64,000 nucleotides of DNA from Oscillospiraceae bacterium (GCA_015064255.1 SVSP01000003.1:60044-124043); one strand, 5' to 3'; shown: positions 9,568-17,802, counted from the stretch's first letter. Notes: a model not told the origin generated them from the sequence alone. Translations and numbers: made by a program.

Positions 9568-9596
9568 ATTATATCTTCGACACCAAAAAATGTCAA
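9568..9596 (-). promoter_or_regulatory. Perfect-consensus sigma-A promoter of the beta-glucuronidase gene
   Basis: The minus strand reads TTGACA (9596-9591), a 17-nt spacer, then TATAAT (9573-9568), about 55 nt upstream of the start codon. Confidence 0.7.
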
Positions 9597-9739
9597 GTCC
9601 TTTTTTATCCATTAGTTTTCGGTAGCAAATATCGCAATCTTTATCAAATATTTATAAATAATTTATCAAAAAATATTGCTTTTCCAAATTGTGTATGATA
9701 AACTGTGAATATAAAAACGCAAAACATTCAGAGGAAAAA

Positions 9740-10438
9740 ATGGCAGAAAAAAACATCTACGCAGATTCCGAAAACACAGGAAAAGAATTGCCCAAAGCTT
9801 GTGTCTTTATCGTAAGCACCGAAAATATTGATCTCGAAAAAGCTCTTGACGATTACGCAAATTTAATAAGCCCGGCAAGAATGAAAAAAATAAACCGACT
9901 TGCTCATCTTGATGATAAAAAGCGTTCTCTTTGTGCAGAGCTTGCGCTTTGCTTTGCACTTAAAAGCTTTTCGCTTCCCTTTACTCCTCCCGCATACTCA
10001 TATTCGCTTCTCGGAAAGCCTCAGCTTAGCGAGGATAACCTCCATATAAACATTTCACATTCGGGAACATTTGCCGTGTGCGCCATATCGAGCGTTCCTA
10101 TCGGCGTGGATATTCTCGAAAGCGATGCCTATACCGTCAACAGAGTATATAAAAGAATAGTTTCATCATCAGACGCGACACCCTTCACAAAGCACGATCT
10201 TCTCTCTCTTTGGACAAAAAAAGAAAGCTACGTCAAGCTTATCGGAAGCGGCTTACGCACGCCGATGACCTCGTTTTACGTTGCAGGTGACCGCGTAACT
10301 TCCAAAATAGGATGTCCGCCCGCATACATCACCTTTGCGGAAATCAAGGATTACTTTCTTTCAATTGCTTCATACGAAGAAATTTCCGCCGAATATTTCC
10401 TGTTCACGGCAGACGATTTCGGAAAGCTGTGTGAGTGA
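9740..10438 (+). CDS. Sfp-type 4'-phosphopantetheinyl transferase
   Basis: PIGVDILE and LWTKKESYVKLIGSG match the (V/I)G(V/I)D and WxxKE(S/A)xxK PPTase motifs. The start at MAEKN has a GAGGA RBS. Confidence 0.8.
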   Translation: MAEKNIYADSENTGKELPKACVFIVSTENIDLEKALDDYANLISPARMKKINRLAHLDDKKRSLCAELALCFALKSFSLPFTPPAYSYSLLGKPQLSEDNLHINISHSGTFAVCAISSVPIGVDILESDAYTVNRVYKRIVSSSDATPFTKHDLLSLWTKKESYVKLIGSGLRTPMTSFYVAGDRVTSKIGCPPAYITFAEIKDYFLSIASYEEISAEYFLFTADDFGKLCE

Positions 10439-10523
10439 AGATCATAGAGAAGGATATTATCCGACCGATACGATACACAATAATTCAAAACAAATGGTGT
10501 CCTACGGACGTACCTGCAAATTC

Positions 10524-10558
10524 CGGCAGAAATATTGTTTTTTCTGCCGATTTTTGTT
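10524..10558 (+). terminator. Intrinsic terminator after the PPTase gene
   Basis: CGGCAGAAA-loop-TTTCTGCCG followed by ATTTTTGTT. Confidence 0.75.
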
Positions 10559-10662
10559 ATTTCGGACAGCCGGGGACGTCGACCCCTACAAGAATCGCCT
10601 TTGCACTTTTTCAGTCGAAAATTCTGATTTTGAAAAATTATTGTAAACTATACCGTAACTGC

Positions 10663-10691
10663 TTGACAAATGCGTAAAATATAGATATTAT
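10663..10691 (+). promoter_or_regulatory. Sigma-A promoter (TTGACA-17-TATTAT) for the 10735-13974 operon
   Basis: TTGACA at 10663-10668, 17-nt spacer, TATTAT at 10686-10691. Confidence 0.6.
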
Positions 10692-10734
10692 TAATATGTA
10701 TCATATTTTTAATTTTCTTAAGAGAGGTTTCCGT

Positions 10735-11592
10735 ATGTCAAAAAAGATACTGAATATTTTTATAATATCGGTCATTTCTCTTATAATCGTTTCTGCGGCG
10801 GCATCACTTCTCGCTCTTGCCGCTTCATCATATACAGAGCACAAAAAGCTCTCCTCACCCGAAAACAATAATCCCGCGCCTGCCGCTTCATACGTCGAAA
10901 TGATAGTGTGCGTAAGCCGAGTCGAATACTACAAGGACAATACTCTGAGCGGGAATCCCATCGGATTCAAGGTTTTCGGCGACAAGGTCTACGCAGAGCA
11001 AAATTCAACGGGCATTTCGAGAATATACAACCAAACCGGTGCTCTTCTCGGCTACTGCAAATCTGTTTCGCTTATGAACAGCAGCGTGAAACTATTTGTC
11101 GAAGTTCCTTACGCGTGGAATTCCGAAGGACAGATCTCCCGCCTCGTTGATGTCCGTAAATATGCGGAAATATTTGATGCACGGATAATTTACAGCGATG
11201 ACGAGCCTATACTGATACAGTATGACACTATGATAAAGCTTTTCGAGGTTGCCGACAAGTTCTATTCTGAGCTTGGATATACTCTTGTGATAGAAAAGGC
11301 TTACATCCCGCAGTCAAAGATCTCGGAAGAATGCTGCTTAGTATGCTCTCACGCAAGCGGTGCTTCACTCACCTTGAAAATGCTCAAAAAAGGAGCTTCA
11401 AAAACAGAAGCGATTCCTTATTATGAGCACGAGGGACTTGATTCATCACCTGTCAGCGCTTTCACAAAGCTTCTTGAAGACTATTCTCTTATACACGACG
11501 AGTCTTCGGACTGCTTTTACGATGCCGATTATACGGCGTATATGATAACCGATTACGATCTCTCTTCTCCTGTGTATTACATCCGGAAATAA
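10735..11592 (+). CDS. Membrane-anchored SH3-like plus VanX/M15-like domain protein, metal site apparently degenerate
   Basis: Start at MSKKIL (AGAGAGG RBS 7 nt upstream), then an N-terminal TM helix. LVDVRKY..GYTLVIEKAYIPQS..CSHASGASLTL follows the D-Ala-D-Ala dipeptidase pattern LVD..GY.L.I.D.YRP..S.H..G.A.D, but the Asp ligand position is Thr. Confidence 0.4.
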   Translation: MSKKILNIFIISVISLIIVSAAASLLALAASSYTEHKKLSSPENNNPAPAASYVEMIVCVSRVEYYKDNTLSGNPIGFKVFGDKVYAEQNSTGISRIYNQTGALLGYCKSVSLMNSSVKLFVEVPYAWNSEGQISRLVDVRKYAEIFDARIIYSDDEPILIQYDTMIKLFEVADKFYSELGYTLVIEKAYIPQSKISEECCLVCSHASGASLTLKMLKKGASKTEAIPYYEHEGLDSSPVSAFTKLLEDYSLIHDESSDCFYDADYTAYMITDYDLSSPVYYIRK

Positions 11593-11619
11593 CCACTCTT
11601 TTCTCTTTGAAAGGTTTTT

Positions 11620-13974
11620 ATGATGGCAAAGAAAAAAAACACTGTTATAAGTCAGCACGGTAAACGAATAGCTCTTCGCTCTCCGCTTGCGATAGAAAGC
11701 TTTGAGCTTATTCTCGATGCCGAAACCGACGAACTTGTGCTTAATATGTTAATATCCAATATTTCCTCGGAAGAAAGTCCTTCAAAGGTAGAATCTGCAG
11801 GTCTTGTTATACGTTGTCTTGACTCCGAAGGAAATCTGATAGTTTCAAGCGGACGCGAAATAATATCCAAAACGCTGAAATTCCCCGAAGAAGGTCTTCT
11901 TCCCGGCGCTTCTGTCGGAATAAAGACCAAGGTTGACCTTGATCCCGAGCTTGTTTCGGACGTTGACATTTACATAGGCTGTATCCGCACACTCGATCTT
12001 ATGGTTACAGATTTCGTCAGAGGCGACTTTTTCGACGAGCCGAGCGATCCTATTCCCCTTTCCGAAGGTATGTCTGACAGCGAAATCTACGAGGTCTGCG
12101 AGAAAGTAGGCGATTTTGCCGCTTATTATCCTATTGAGCTTTCATCTCTCGTATGGAGATGCACCTGCGGTCAGATGTCCGACTCTGAAAACTGTCCGAT
12201 GTGCGGCACGGGAAGAAAGCAGCTTTTTGATTATTTTTCAAAATTCAAATATCCCGAAATAAATACGTCCCGCACCGAAAAGGCACGCAAGCGTACACGC
12301 CTGTTTATCGCCCTCTTTTCGGGGATATTCCTTGCAGCAACTATTGCTCTCGTTATCAGTCTTGTCTTCTTTTTGCCGAAGCTTTTAAAGACCGATGACA
12401 ATAAAATCGACAAACCCGATGACAGTATAACCGAAGTTATCCCCGAGGAAACACTTGAAGAAAAAGAAGCCAGAATAAACACGCTTCTTGAAGAAAACGA
12501 ATTTACAGCCGCACTTGAAGTTGCAACGTCACACGATTCACTCTCGAAGTATGTGACCGCCATATCCGAAAGTGCGGTTGAATACTATCTTAAAGCAAAA
12601 GAATACGACATAGCTTACGCATTCGCCGCCACCTGCAAGAATACGGAAAATACCGAAAAAGCCGTTCTTTCGGCAGGATACGACTATTTTTTCGAAAACA
12701 GTATGCTTGACAAGGCTATGTCATATGCAAAGCTTTTAGGCGACCGCGAAAAAATAAATACCATTCACATTATTAACATAAACGCTCTTGTTAGTGAAAA
12801 AAAGTTTTCCGATGCTGTAAAGCTGGCGATCGACGCCGAGCTTGATGCAAAAAAAGAAGAGGTAGTCGTTTTGGCTATTAAACAGTATAGTTCTGTAAAC
12901 GACTATATGACCTCACTTGATTTTGCGTTTCTTTCAAATGACGAAAAGGTGCTGACCGATCTCGCACTCGAAGCATCTTACTATTATCTCGGCAAGCAGG
13001 ATATTGAAAACACCTTAAAATTCTCAAAATATGCAACCGACGAAAATCTTATGATCGATATTGCAACAGGAATTTCGGACAAGCATCTTCTTGAAAATCT
13101 CGGAACGTTTTTCAAGTATCTTCCTTTCTCAAAAAAGCAGGAAATACACGCAACCAAAGTTTCCCTTAACAAGCAAGTAGCGATAATTTCTTCGGACGGG
13201 ACCGTTTTCTACGGTCTTGGTCAAAAATACACACCCGAAAAGGATGTAAAAGCAATTTCCGTAAAGAGCAGCGCACATCACACGGTAATACTTTTATCAG
13301 ACGGAAGCGTTATCGCGTTTGGCGACAATTCATTCGGACAGTGTAACGTAGATCTTTGGAGTGACGTCGTCGCAATAGACGTCGGTGAATACCATACGGT
13401 CGCGCTTCTCGCTGACGGAAGCGTAAAGGCGTGCGGAAACCGCAAATACAGTCAATGCTCGGTATCAAGCTACAAAAACGTTATAATGATCTCGGCAGGT
13501 GATTATCACACTATGGTACTTCTCGAAAACGGAAGTGTTCTTGCCACAGGACTTAACACTGACGGTCAGTGCAACACGTCGACGTGGAGTGATATAGTTA
13601 TGATCGCGGCAGGCTCCATGCACAGCGTCGGTGTGAAATCGGACGGCAGTGCGGTAGCAGTCGGAAGCAACATTCTCGACTGCTGTGACATAACATCCTG
13701 GAAAAACGTTGCTATGATATCAGCAGGAAGCACTCACACGGTAGCAATAACAAACAACGGAAACATTCTTTCCGCCGGCGGAGTTGTCGGCAAAGGAAGC
13801 TACGGTGATATTTCTTTCGATGAAAAGATCACGTTTATTCAGGCATCGAACTCCTGTATCGTTGCCGTAACGAATAAAGGAAAGCTTATCTTCACGGGCG
13901 ACGGACTGCCCTATACCGATCACATAAAAAATCAGACTGTGGATCCGTACTGCTTTTTTACAAGCGGAGAATAA
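11620..13974 (+). CDS. Single-pass membrane protein: cytoplasmic domain with CxC..CxxC zinc ribbon, TM helix, helical repeats and a C-terminal RCC1-like beta-propeller
   Basis: RCTCGQMSDSENCPMCG (aa 180-196), TM at about aa 228-253, then about seven repeats of the type HT(V/M)xLLxDGSVxAxGxNxxGQC. Confidence 0.8.
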   Translation: MMAKKKNTVISQHGKRIALRSPLAIESFELILDAETDELVLNMLISNISSEESPSKVESAGLVIRCLDSEGNLIVSSGREIISKTLKFPEEGLLPGASVGIKTKVDLDPELVSDVDIYIGCIRTLDLMVTDFVRGDFFDEPSDPIPLSEGMSDSEIYEVCEKVGDFAAYYPIELSSLVWRCTCGQMSDSENCPMCGTGRKQLFDYFSKFKYPEINTSRTEKARKRTRLFIALFSGIFLAATIALVISLVFFLPKLLKTDDNKIDKPDDSITEVIPEETLEEKEARINTLLEENEFTAALEVATSHDSLSKYVTAISESAVEYYLKAKEYDIAYAFAATCKNTENTEKAVLSAGYDYFFENSMLDKAMSYAKLLGDREKINTIHIININALVSEKKFSDAVKLAIDAELDAKKEEVVVLAIKQYSSVNDYMTSLDFAFLSNDEKVLTDLALEASYYYLGKQDIENTLKFSKYATDENLMIDIATGISDKHLLENLGTFFKYLPFSKKQEIHATKVSLNKQVAIISSDGTVFYGLGQKYTPEKDVKAISVKSSAHHTVILLSDGSVIAFGDNSFGQCNVDLWSDVVAIDVGEYHTVALLADGSVKACGNRKYSQCSVSSYKNVIMISAGDYHTMVLLENGSVLATGLNTDGQCNTSTWSDIVMIAAGSMHSVGVKSDGSAVAVGSNILDCCDITSWKNVAMISAGSTHTVAITNNGNILSAGGVVGKGSYGDISFDEKITFIQASNSCIVAVTNKGKLIFTGDGLPYTDHIKNQTVDPYCFFTSGE
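13177..13914 (+). repeat. Coding tandem repeats: about seven RCC1-like blades of about 37 aa
   Basis: A period of about 111 nt. Recurring A(G)xxHT(V)xLLxDGSVxAxG and GQC(N) strings in the translated ORF. Confidence 0.7.
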
Positions 13975-13982
13975 AATGATTA

Positions 13983-14010
13983 AACCCGACAGAATAAATC
14001 CTGTCGGGTT
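13983..14010 (-). terminator. Hairpin with the U-rich tail on the minus strand (likely ends the NUDIX transcript)
   Basis: AACCCGACAG-loop-CTGTCGGGTT. Followed by TAATCATTTTAT on the minus strand, but by ACGAAGTG on the plus strand. Confidence 0.55.
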
Positions 14011-14164
14011 ACGAAGTGCCGCCAAAGCCATAAAGATTAGCTGAGGAAAGGGGAAAACCATCTCAAACGCCGAAGTTTTTCCCCAACCGAACGTTTTTCC
14101 ATCAGCCTCCTATCCTTTTTTTCTTGGCTAAAAGCTTTTCTCTTATTATTTTGTCTTCAGTCTG

Positions 14165-14198
14165 AATCGGCGGAGAATTCTCTGCCGATTTCTTGTTG
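14165..14198 (+). terminator. Intrinsic terminator oriented for the plus strand (likely ends the RCC1-operon transcript)
   Basis: AATCGGCGGAG-AATT-CTCTGCCGATT (11 bp including one G-U that would be a C-A mismatch on the other strand), followed by TCTTGTTG. Confidence 0.6.
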
Positions 14199-14200
14199 AT

Positions 14201-14641
14201 CTAAATTTCAAATACGCTGACTCTTCTCTGATATTCCTCTATAAGACAGGGCTGAATCAGTGGATACGTCCAACTTGTCGGAAGTTCGTCGAAACACTTT
14301 ACATATTCGATCTCGCTGTCTATTTCATCGGAAAACAATTTTATTTCCGCGAAAAACAACATTCCGAAGGTTTCCTCGCCGGTCATATTAACTCTGTTCT
14401 TTCCCGTGACCGAATAAACACAAATCGGACTCAAAGAAAACTTCAAAGCACCCGTTTCTTCGGTCAGCTCCCTTTTGGCTGTATCAAAAATATCTTCATT
14501 TTCTTCTCTGTGTCCGCCGGGAATTTCATACGTATCTCTTTCTTTGTGCTTACAAAACACCCATTTGCCATTATATTTCGATATAATAACAGCAAATTTG
14601 AGAAGCCCGTCTTTGATAGAATCATAAAATTTGACTTCCAA
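14201..14641 (-). CDS. NUDIX hydrolase
   Basis: Canonical Nudix box GGHREENEDIFDTAKRELTEETGA (GX5EX7REUXEEXGU). TTG start with a GGAGG RBS 5 nt upstream. Confidence 0.85.
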   Translation of the reverse strand: MEVKFYDSIKDGLLKFAVIISKYNGKWVFCKHKERDTYEIPGGHREENEDIFDTAKRELTEETGALKFSLSPICVYSVTGKNRVNMTGEETFGMLFFAEIKLFSDEIDSEIEYVKCFDELPTSWTYPLIQPCLIEEYQRRVSVFEI

Positions 14642-14748
14642 GGTTGCCTCCTGTAACGGTAAAGTGATTTACTCACTTCCAAATAAGCGGGTAAATATCA
14701 AATCCACCCGCATTATGTAAATGTTCTGAAATAATTTGCCGAAAATCT

Positions 14749-16113
14749 TTATTTTTCTATAAACGCAAGTGTCTTTTCTGCCATTTCCCGTATATCGACG
14801 GTTCCTACGCCAAATATGGAGGTCTGGAGCATAAAGCAGGTCGGAGCCGTCCATTCATTTCCGACAGCGGCACTTCCCTTCATAATACCGATAACAGATC
14901 CGACCGTTGCGCCGTTACAGTCTGTATCAAAGCCCTGCTGTACTGCCATACAAACAGACTTTCCGTAGTCACCTTCTCCGTAAAGCACGGATGCCGCTAC
15001 TATTTCCGCATTCGATATCGTATGACACCAATCGTGTGCCGAGAATTCGTTATATCTCTTTGCAAAGTCTGCAAAGAACTCGTCTGCTGTGCCGCCGGAA
15101 GTATAGAAGTCAAGAAGCGCGCCTATTTTTTCATAAAGTCTTGACGTTTTCGGTATCTGCGATATTCCTGCGCGTACAACGTCTTCAAGGTTATCTGTAA
15201 CAGCCGCGGCGGCTATCATAGCCGAAGCAAACATTTCACCGTATATTCCGTTCTTTACGTGCGATATACTCGCATCTCTCCAAGCCATATCGGCAGCAGT
15301 TTCAAGATCACCCGGATTTATGTAACCAAAGAAATCTCCGCGTATCTGTGCACCTATCCATTCGCGGTAAGGATTCTTATATACCGCAGAATCGGGCGGG
15401 AAATATCCTGCAACGAAGTTTCTGTATGCAACACGCTCTGCTGTGCAGTAAGCGTTCTTTCCCTGGAAGTTTACCCAGTAATCTATAACGTTAAGCGGAG
15501 TGAAGTTTCTTCCGAAGCGTTTTAACAGCTCGTATCCGATAGTAACGTAGTTTGTATCATCGTCAACGGGTGCGGAGCCGTTAAGAGTATCTGCAAAGCA
15601 TCTGCCTTTCAGCGGGAAGCTGCTTTCCTTTATAATTTCATCTGTGAGCTCGGACGCGAGAATATATCTCTTCATCGGGAAATTGTCCGTCTTTTTGAGG
15701 ATCATATGAAGGTCAGGAGTTCTGATTCCTTCTATCGGCTTGCCGAGAAGGCATCCGCACACTCTTCCGAGCCACGCGCCGAGCACCTTGTCTTTTATTT
15801 CTTCATCGCTTATTTCTTTCTTATTCAGTTCAAAGCCGTCGCGAAGAGCAAATATCCCTTCGAGGTCCGATGGCTCGTCGTACTTATAGCCTTCGACCTG
15901 AGGAGCTTCCATAATTTTTCTGTATATAATATCTGCAGCATCTTCTCTTTCTTTGGAATAATCCATATTGAAGACCGCGTCAAAAAGGGGCTTCAGCGAC
16001 TCTACGTCCTTACCCTCTTCAACACACTGTGTGTATTCTGTCATAAGGTCTTTGGAATATATATCCCAGCTATGAAGCTTTTCATAGCTCGGCTGCGGAA
16101 ATTTGGTTGCCAT
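14749..16113 (-). CDS. ADP-ribosylglycohydrolase-family protein with an N-terminal extension of about 110 aa
   Basis: LGAWLGRVCGCLLGKPIEG, PVDDDTNYV and QQGFDTDCNGATVGSVIG correspond to the family's three conserved metal-site segments. GGGAG RBS. Confidence 0.8.
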   Translation of the reverse strand: MATKFPQPSYEKLHSWDIYSKDLMTEYTQCVEEGKDVESLKPLFDAVFNMDYSKEREDAADIIYRKIMEAPQVEGYKYDEPSDLEGIFALRDGFELNKKEISDEEIKDKVLGAWLGRVCGCLLGKPIEGIRTPDLHMILKKTDNFPMKRYILASELTDEIIKESSFPLKGRCFADTLNGSAPVDDDTNYVTIGYELLKRFGRNFTPLNVIDYWVNFQGKNAYCTAERVAYRNFVAGYFPPDSAVYKNPYREWIGAQIRGDFFGYINPGDLETAADMAWRDASISHVKNGIYGEMFASAMIAAAAVTDNLEDVVRAGISQIPKTSRLYEKIGALLDFYTSGGTADEFFADFAKRYNEFSAHDWCHTISNAEIVAASVLYGEGDYGKSVCMAVQQGFDTDCNGATVGSVIGIMKGSAAVGNEWTAPTCFMLQTSIFGVGTVDIREMAEKTLAFIEK

Positions 16114-16171
16114 ACTTTTCTCCCTCTGCTAAAAAGCGTTTTAATTAAACATTATCACAAATGTTTTTCAC

Positions 16172-16200
16172 ATTATAACATACATAAAGCAAGTTTTCAA
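16172..16200 (-). promoter_or_regulatory. Sigma-A promoter (TTGAAA-17-TGtTATAAT) for the ARH-like / NUDIX genes
   Basis: Minus strand: TTGAAA (16200-16195), 17-nt spacer, TATAAT (16177-16172) with an upstream TG. Confidence 0.65.
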
Positions 16201-16304
16201 TACAAAAAGTTAATTTCCCGTATTTTTTTAACTGGCAAAAATCTCAGGCGGTAAGTTATATAAAAAAGATAAAAAACTGCTTATTATAATTTATAGTTTT
16301 AACA

Positions 16305-16333
16305 TTGACAATAATTTTACTGTGTGCTAAAAT
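16305..16333 (+). promoter_or_regulatory. Sigma-A promoter (TTGACA-17-TAAAAT) for the FAD-oxidoreductase operon
   Basis: TTGACA at 16305-16310, 17-nt spacer, TAAAAT at 16328-16333. Divergent from the ARH promoter. Confidence 0.65.
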
Positions 16334-16368
16334 TAAGATAGTGTTTATTTATGAAAGGATCATATATT

Positions 16369-17802
16369 ATGCAACGCTATGATATCGCTATAATCGGTGC
16401 GGGAGTTGTCGGTGCTATGATCGCGCGTACTCTCTCTGCTTATAAACTCAAAATATGCATACTTGAAAAAGAAAACGACGTTTCTATGGGCGCAAGCAAA
16501 GCAAACAGCGCAATCGTTCACGCCGGATTTGATGCGGCGGTCGGCTCTCTCAAAGCCAAGCTGAACGTTCGCGGCTCTGAAATGATGGAGGACGTTGCAC
16601 GCGAGCTCGGAGTAAAGTATAAAAGAGTGGGCTCTCTCGTCGTCGGATTTTCCGAGGACGACAGGAAAGTCCTTGAAAAGCTTCTCGAAAGAGGTATCGA
16701 AAACGGAGTAAAAGACCTCAGAATAATCGGCAAAGAAGAGCTTCACGAAATAGAGCCGAACCTTTCTGACGAGGCATCGTCCGCGCTCGTTGCTCCGACA
16801 GGCGCAATAATCTGCCCTTACGGTCTTACCATCGCCGCTATCGGCAACGCTATGGACAACGGTGCAGAGCTTATGTGTGATTTTGAAGTCTCTGACATTA
16901 CCGACGTCGGAGATGCTTACGAAATAAAATCAAGCGACGGTCAGACGGTATCAGCGTCAAAGGTTATAAACTGTGCGGGAATCTATTCCGACAAGATCGC
17001 CGCTATGGTGGGTGACAACTCTATCAGCATCACTCCAAGACGCGGTGAATATATTCTTCTCGACAGAGATTGCGGCACTTTCTTTAATCATACGGTATTC
17101 ACAGTACCTACACCTCTCGGAAAGGGCATTCTCATTTCGCCTACCGCAGACGGAAATCTTATTCTCGGACCCACCGCCGAAAACATCGACGAAAAAGACG
17201 ACCGTTCAACAACGTCAAGCGGTCTTGCCGCTGTAACTGCCGCGGCAAAAAAGGACGCACCCAATGTTCCGCTTAATAAGGCTATAACCTCATTTACCGG
17301 ACTCCGTGCAGTAGGAAATACGGGCGACTTCATAATCCGTCCCTTCGGTGACAAATTTATAAACGTTGCGGGAATCGAAAGTCCCGGACTTTCAGCTGCC
17401 CCCGCTATCGCACTTTACGTAAAAGACATACTTGCAGAACTCGGAGTTAAATTTACAGAAAATGAAAGCTTCAACCCGATAAGAAAATCCTATCACTTCT
17501 TCAAAGAGCTTTCCGAGGACGATAAGCGCGAATATATTAAGGCTCACCCCGCATTCGGAAAGATAGTATGCAGATGCGAGACGATCAGCGAAGGCGAAAT
17601 AATAGATGCACTCACAAGAAATCCGCGCGCTACCGACATTGATGGCGTAAAACGCCGCACAAGAAGCGGTATGGGAAGATGTCAGGGCGGATTCTGTATG
17701 CCGAGCGTAACCGAAATAATTGCACGCGAGTACGGTTGTCCCTTCACTACCGTCACAAAAAACGGTGGTGATTCTGTTATAAATATCTCCAAAACAAAAT
17801 AA
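16369..17802 (+). CDS. FAD-dependent oxidoreductase of the GlpA / glycerol-3-phosphate dehydrogenase type with a C-terminal BFD-like [2Fe-2S] domain
   Basis: Rossmann start MQRYDIAIIGAGVVGA and C-terminal CRCETISEGEI..GMGRCQGGFC. The ATG at 16369 is preferred (AAAGGA RBS 9 nt upstream). Confidence 0.8.
   Translation: MQRYDIAIIGAGVVGAMIARTLSAYKLKICILEKENDVSMGASKANSAIVHAGFDAAVGSLKAKLNVRGSEMMEDVARELGVKYKRVGSLVVGFSEDDRKVLEKLLERGIENGVKDLRIIGKEELHEIEPNLSDEASSALVAPTGAIICPYGLTIAAIGNAMDNGAELMCDFEVSDITDVGDAYEIKSSDGQTVSASKVINCAGIYSDKIAAMVGDNSISITPRRGEYILLDRDCGTFFNHTVFTVPTPLGKGILISPTADGNLILGPTAENIDEKDDRSTTSSGLAAVTAAAKKDAPNVPLNKAITSFTGLRAVGNTGDFIIRPFGDKFINVAGIESPGLSAAPAIALYVKDILAELGVKFTENESFNPIRKSYHFFKELSEDDKREYIKAHPAFGKIVCRCETISEGEIIDALTRNPRATDIDGVKRRTRSGMGRCQGGFCMPSVTEIIAREYGCPFTTVTKNGGDSVINISKTK

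Noticed and set aside
10556-10600. A possible second repeat family: GGGGACGTCGACCCCTAC here versus GGGAGGAGCAAGCTCATCCCCTAC (reverse strand) at about 25915-25950.
   Set aside because: The similarity is limited to the CCCCTAC end plus a G-rich arm. I could not extend the alignment by eye, and two weak copies are not enough.
13720-14061. A 113-aa minus-strand track ORF spanning the end of the RCC1 gene and the intergenic region.
   Set aside because: It overlaps the well-supported RCC1 coding region in antisense and runs through a terminator hairpin, with no motifs. Only the much shorter, separately framed 21-codon ORF is kept, as a low-confidence note.
16125-16150. A cre-like (CcpA) site, AAAAAGCGTTTTA, upstream of the ARH-like gene.
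   Set aside because: It has the central CG and A/T arms but lacks the conserved outer TG...CA positions of the cre consensus, so it is probably chance in AT-rich DNA.
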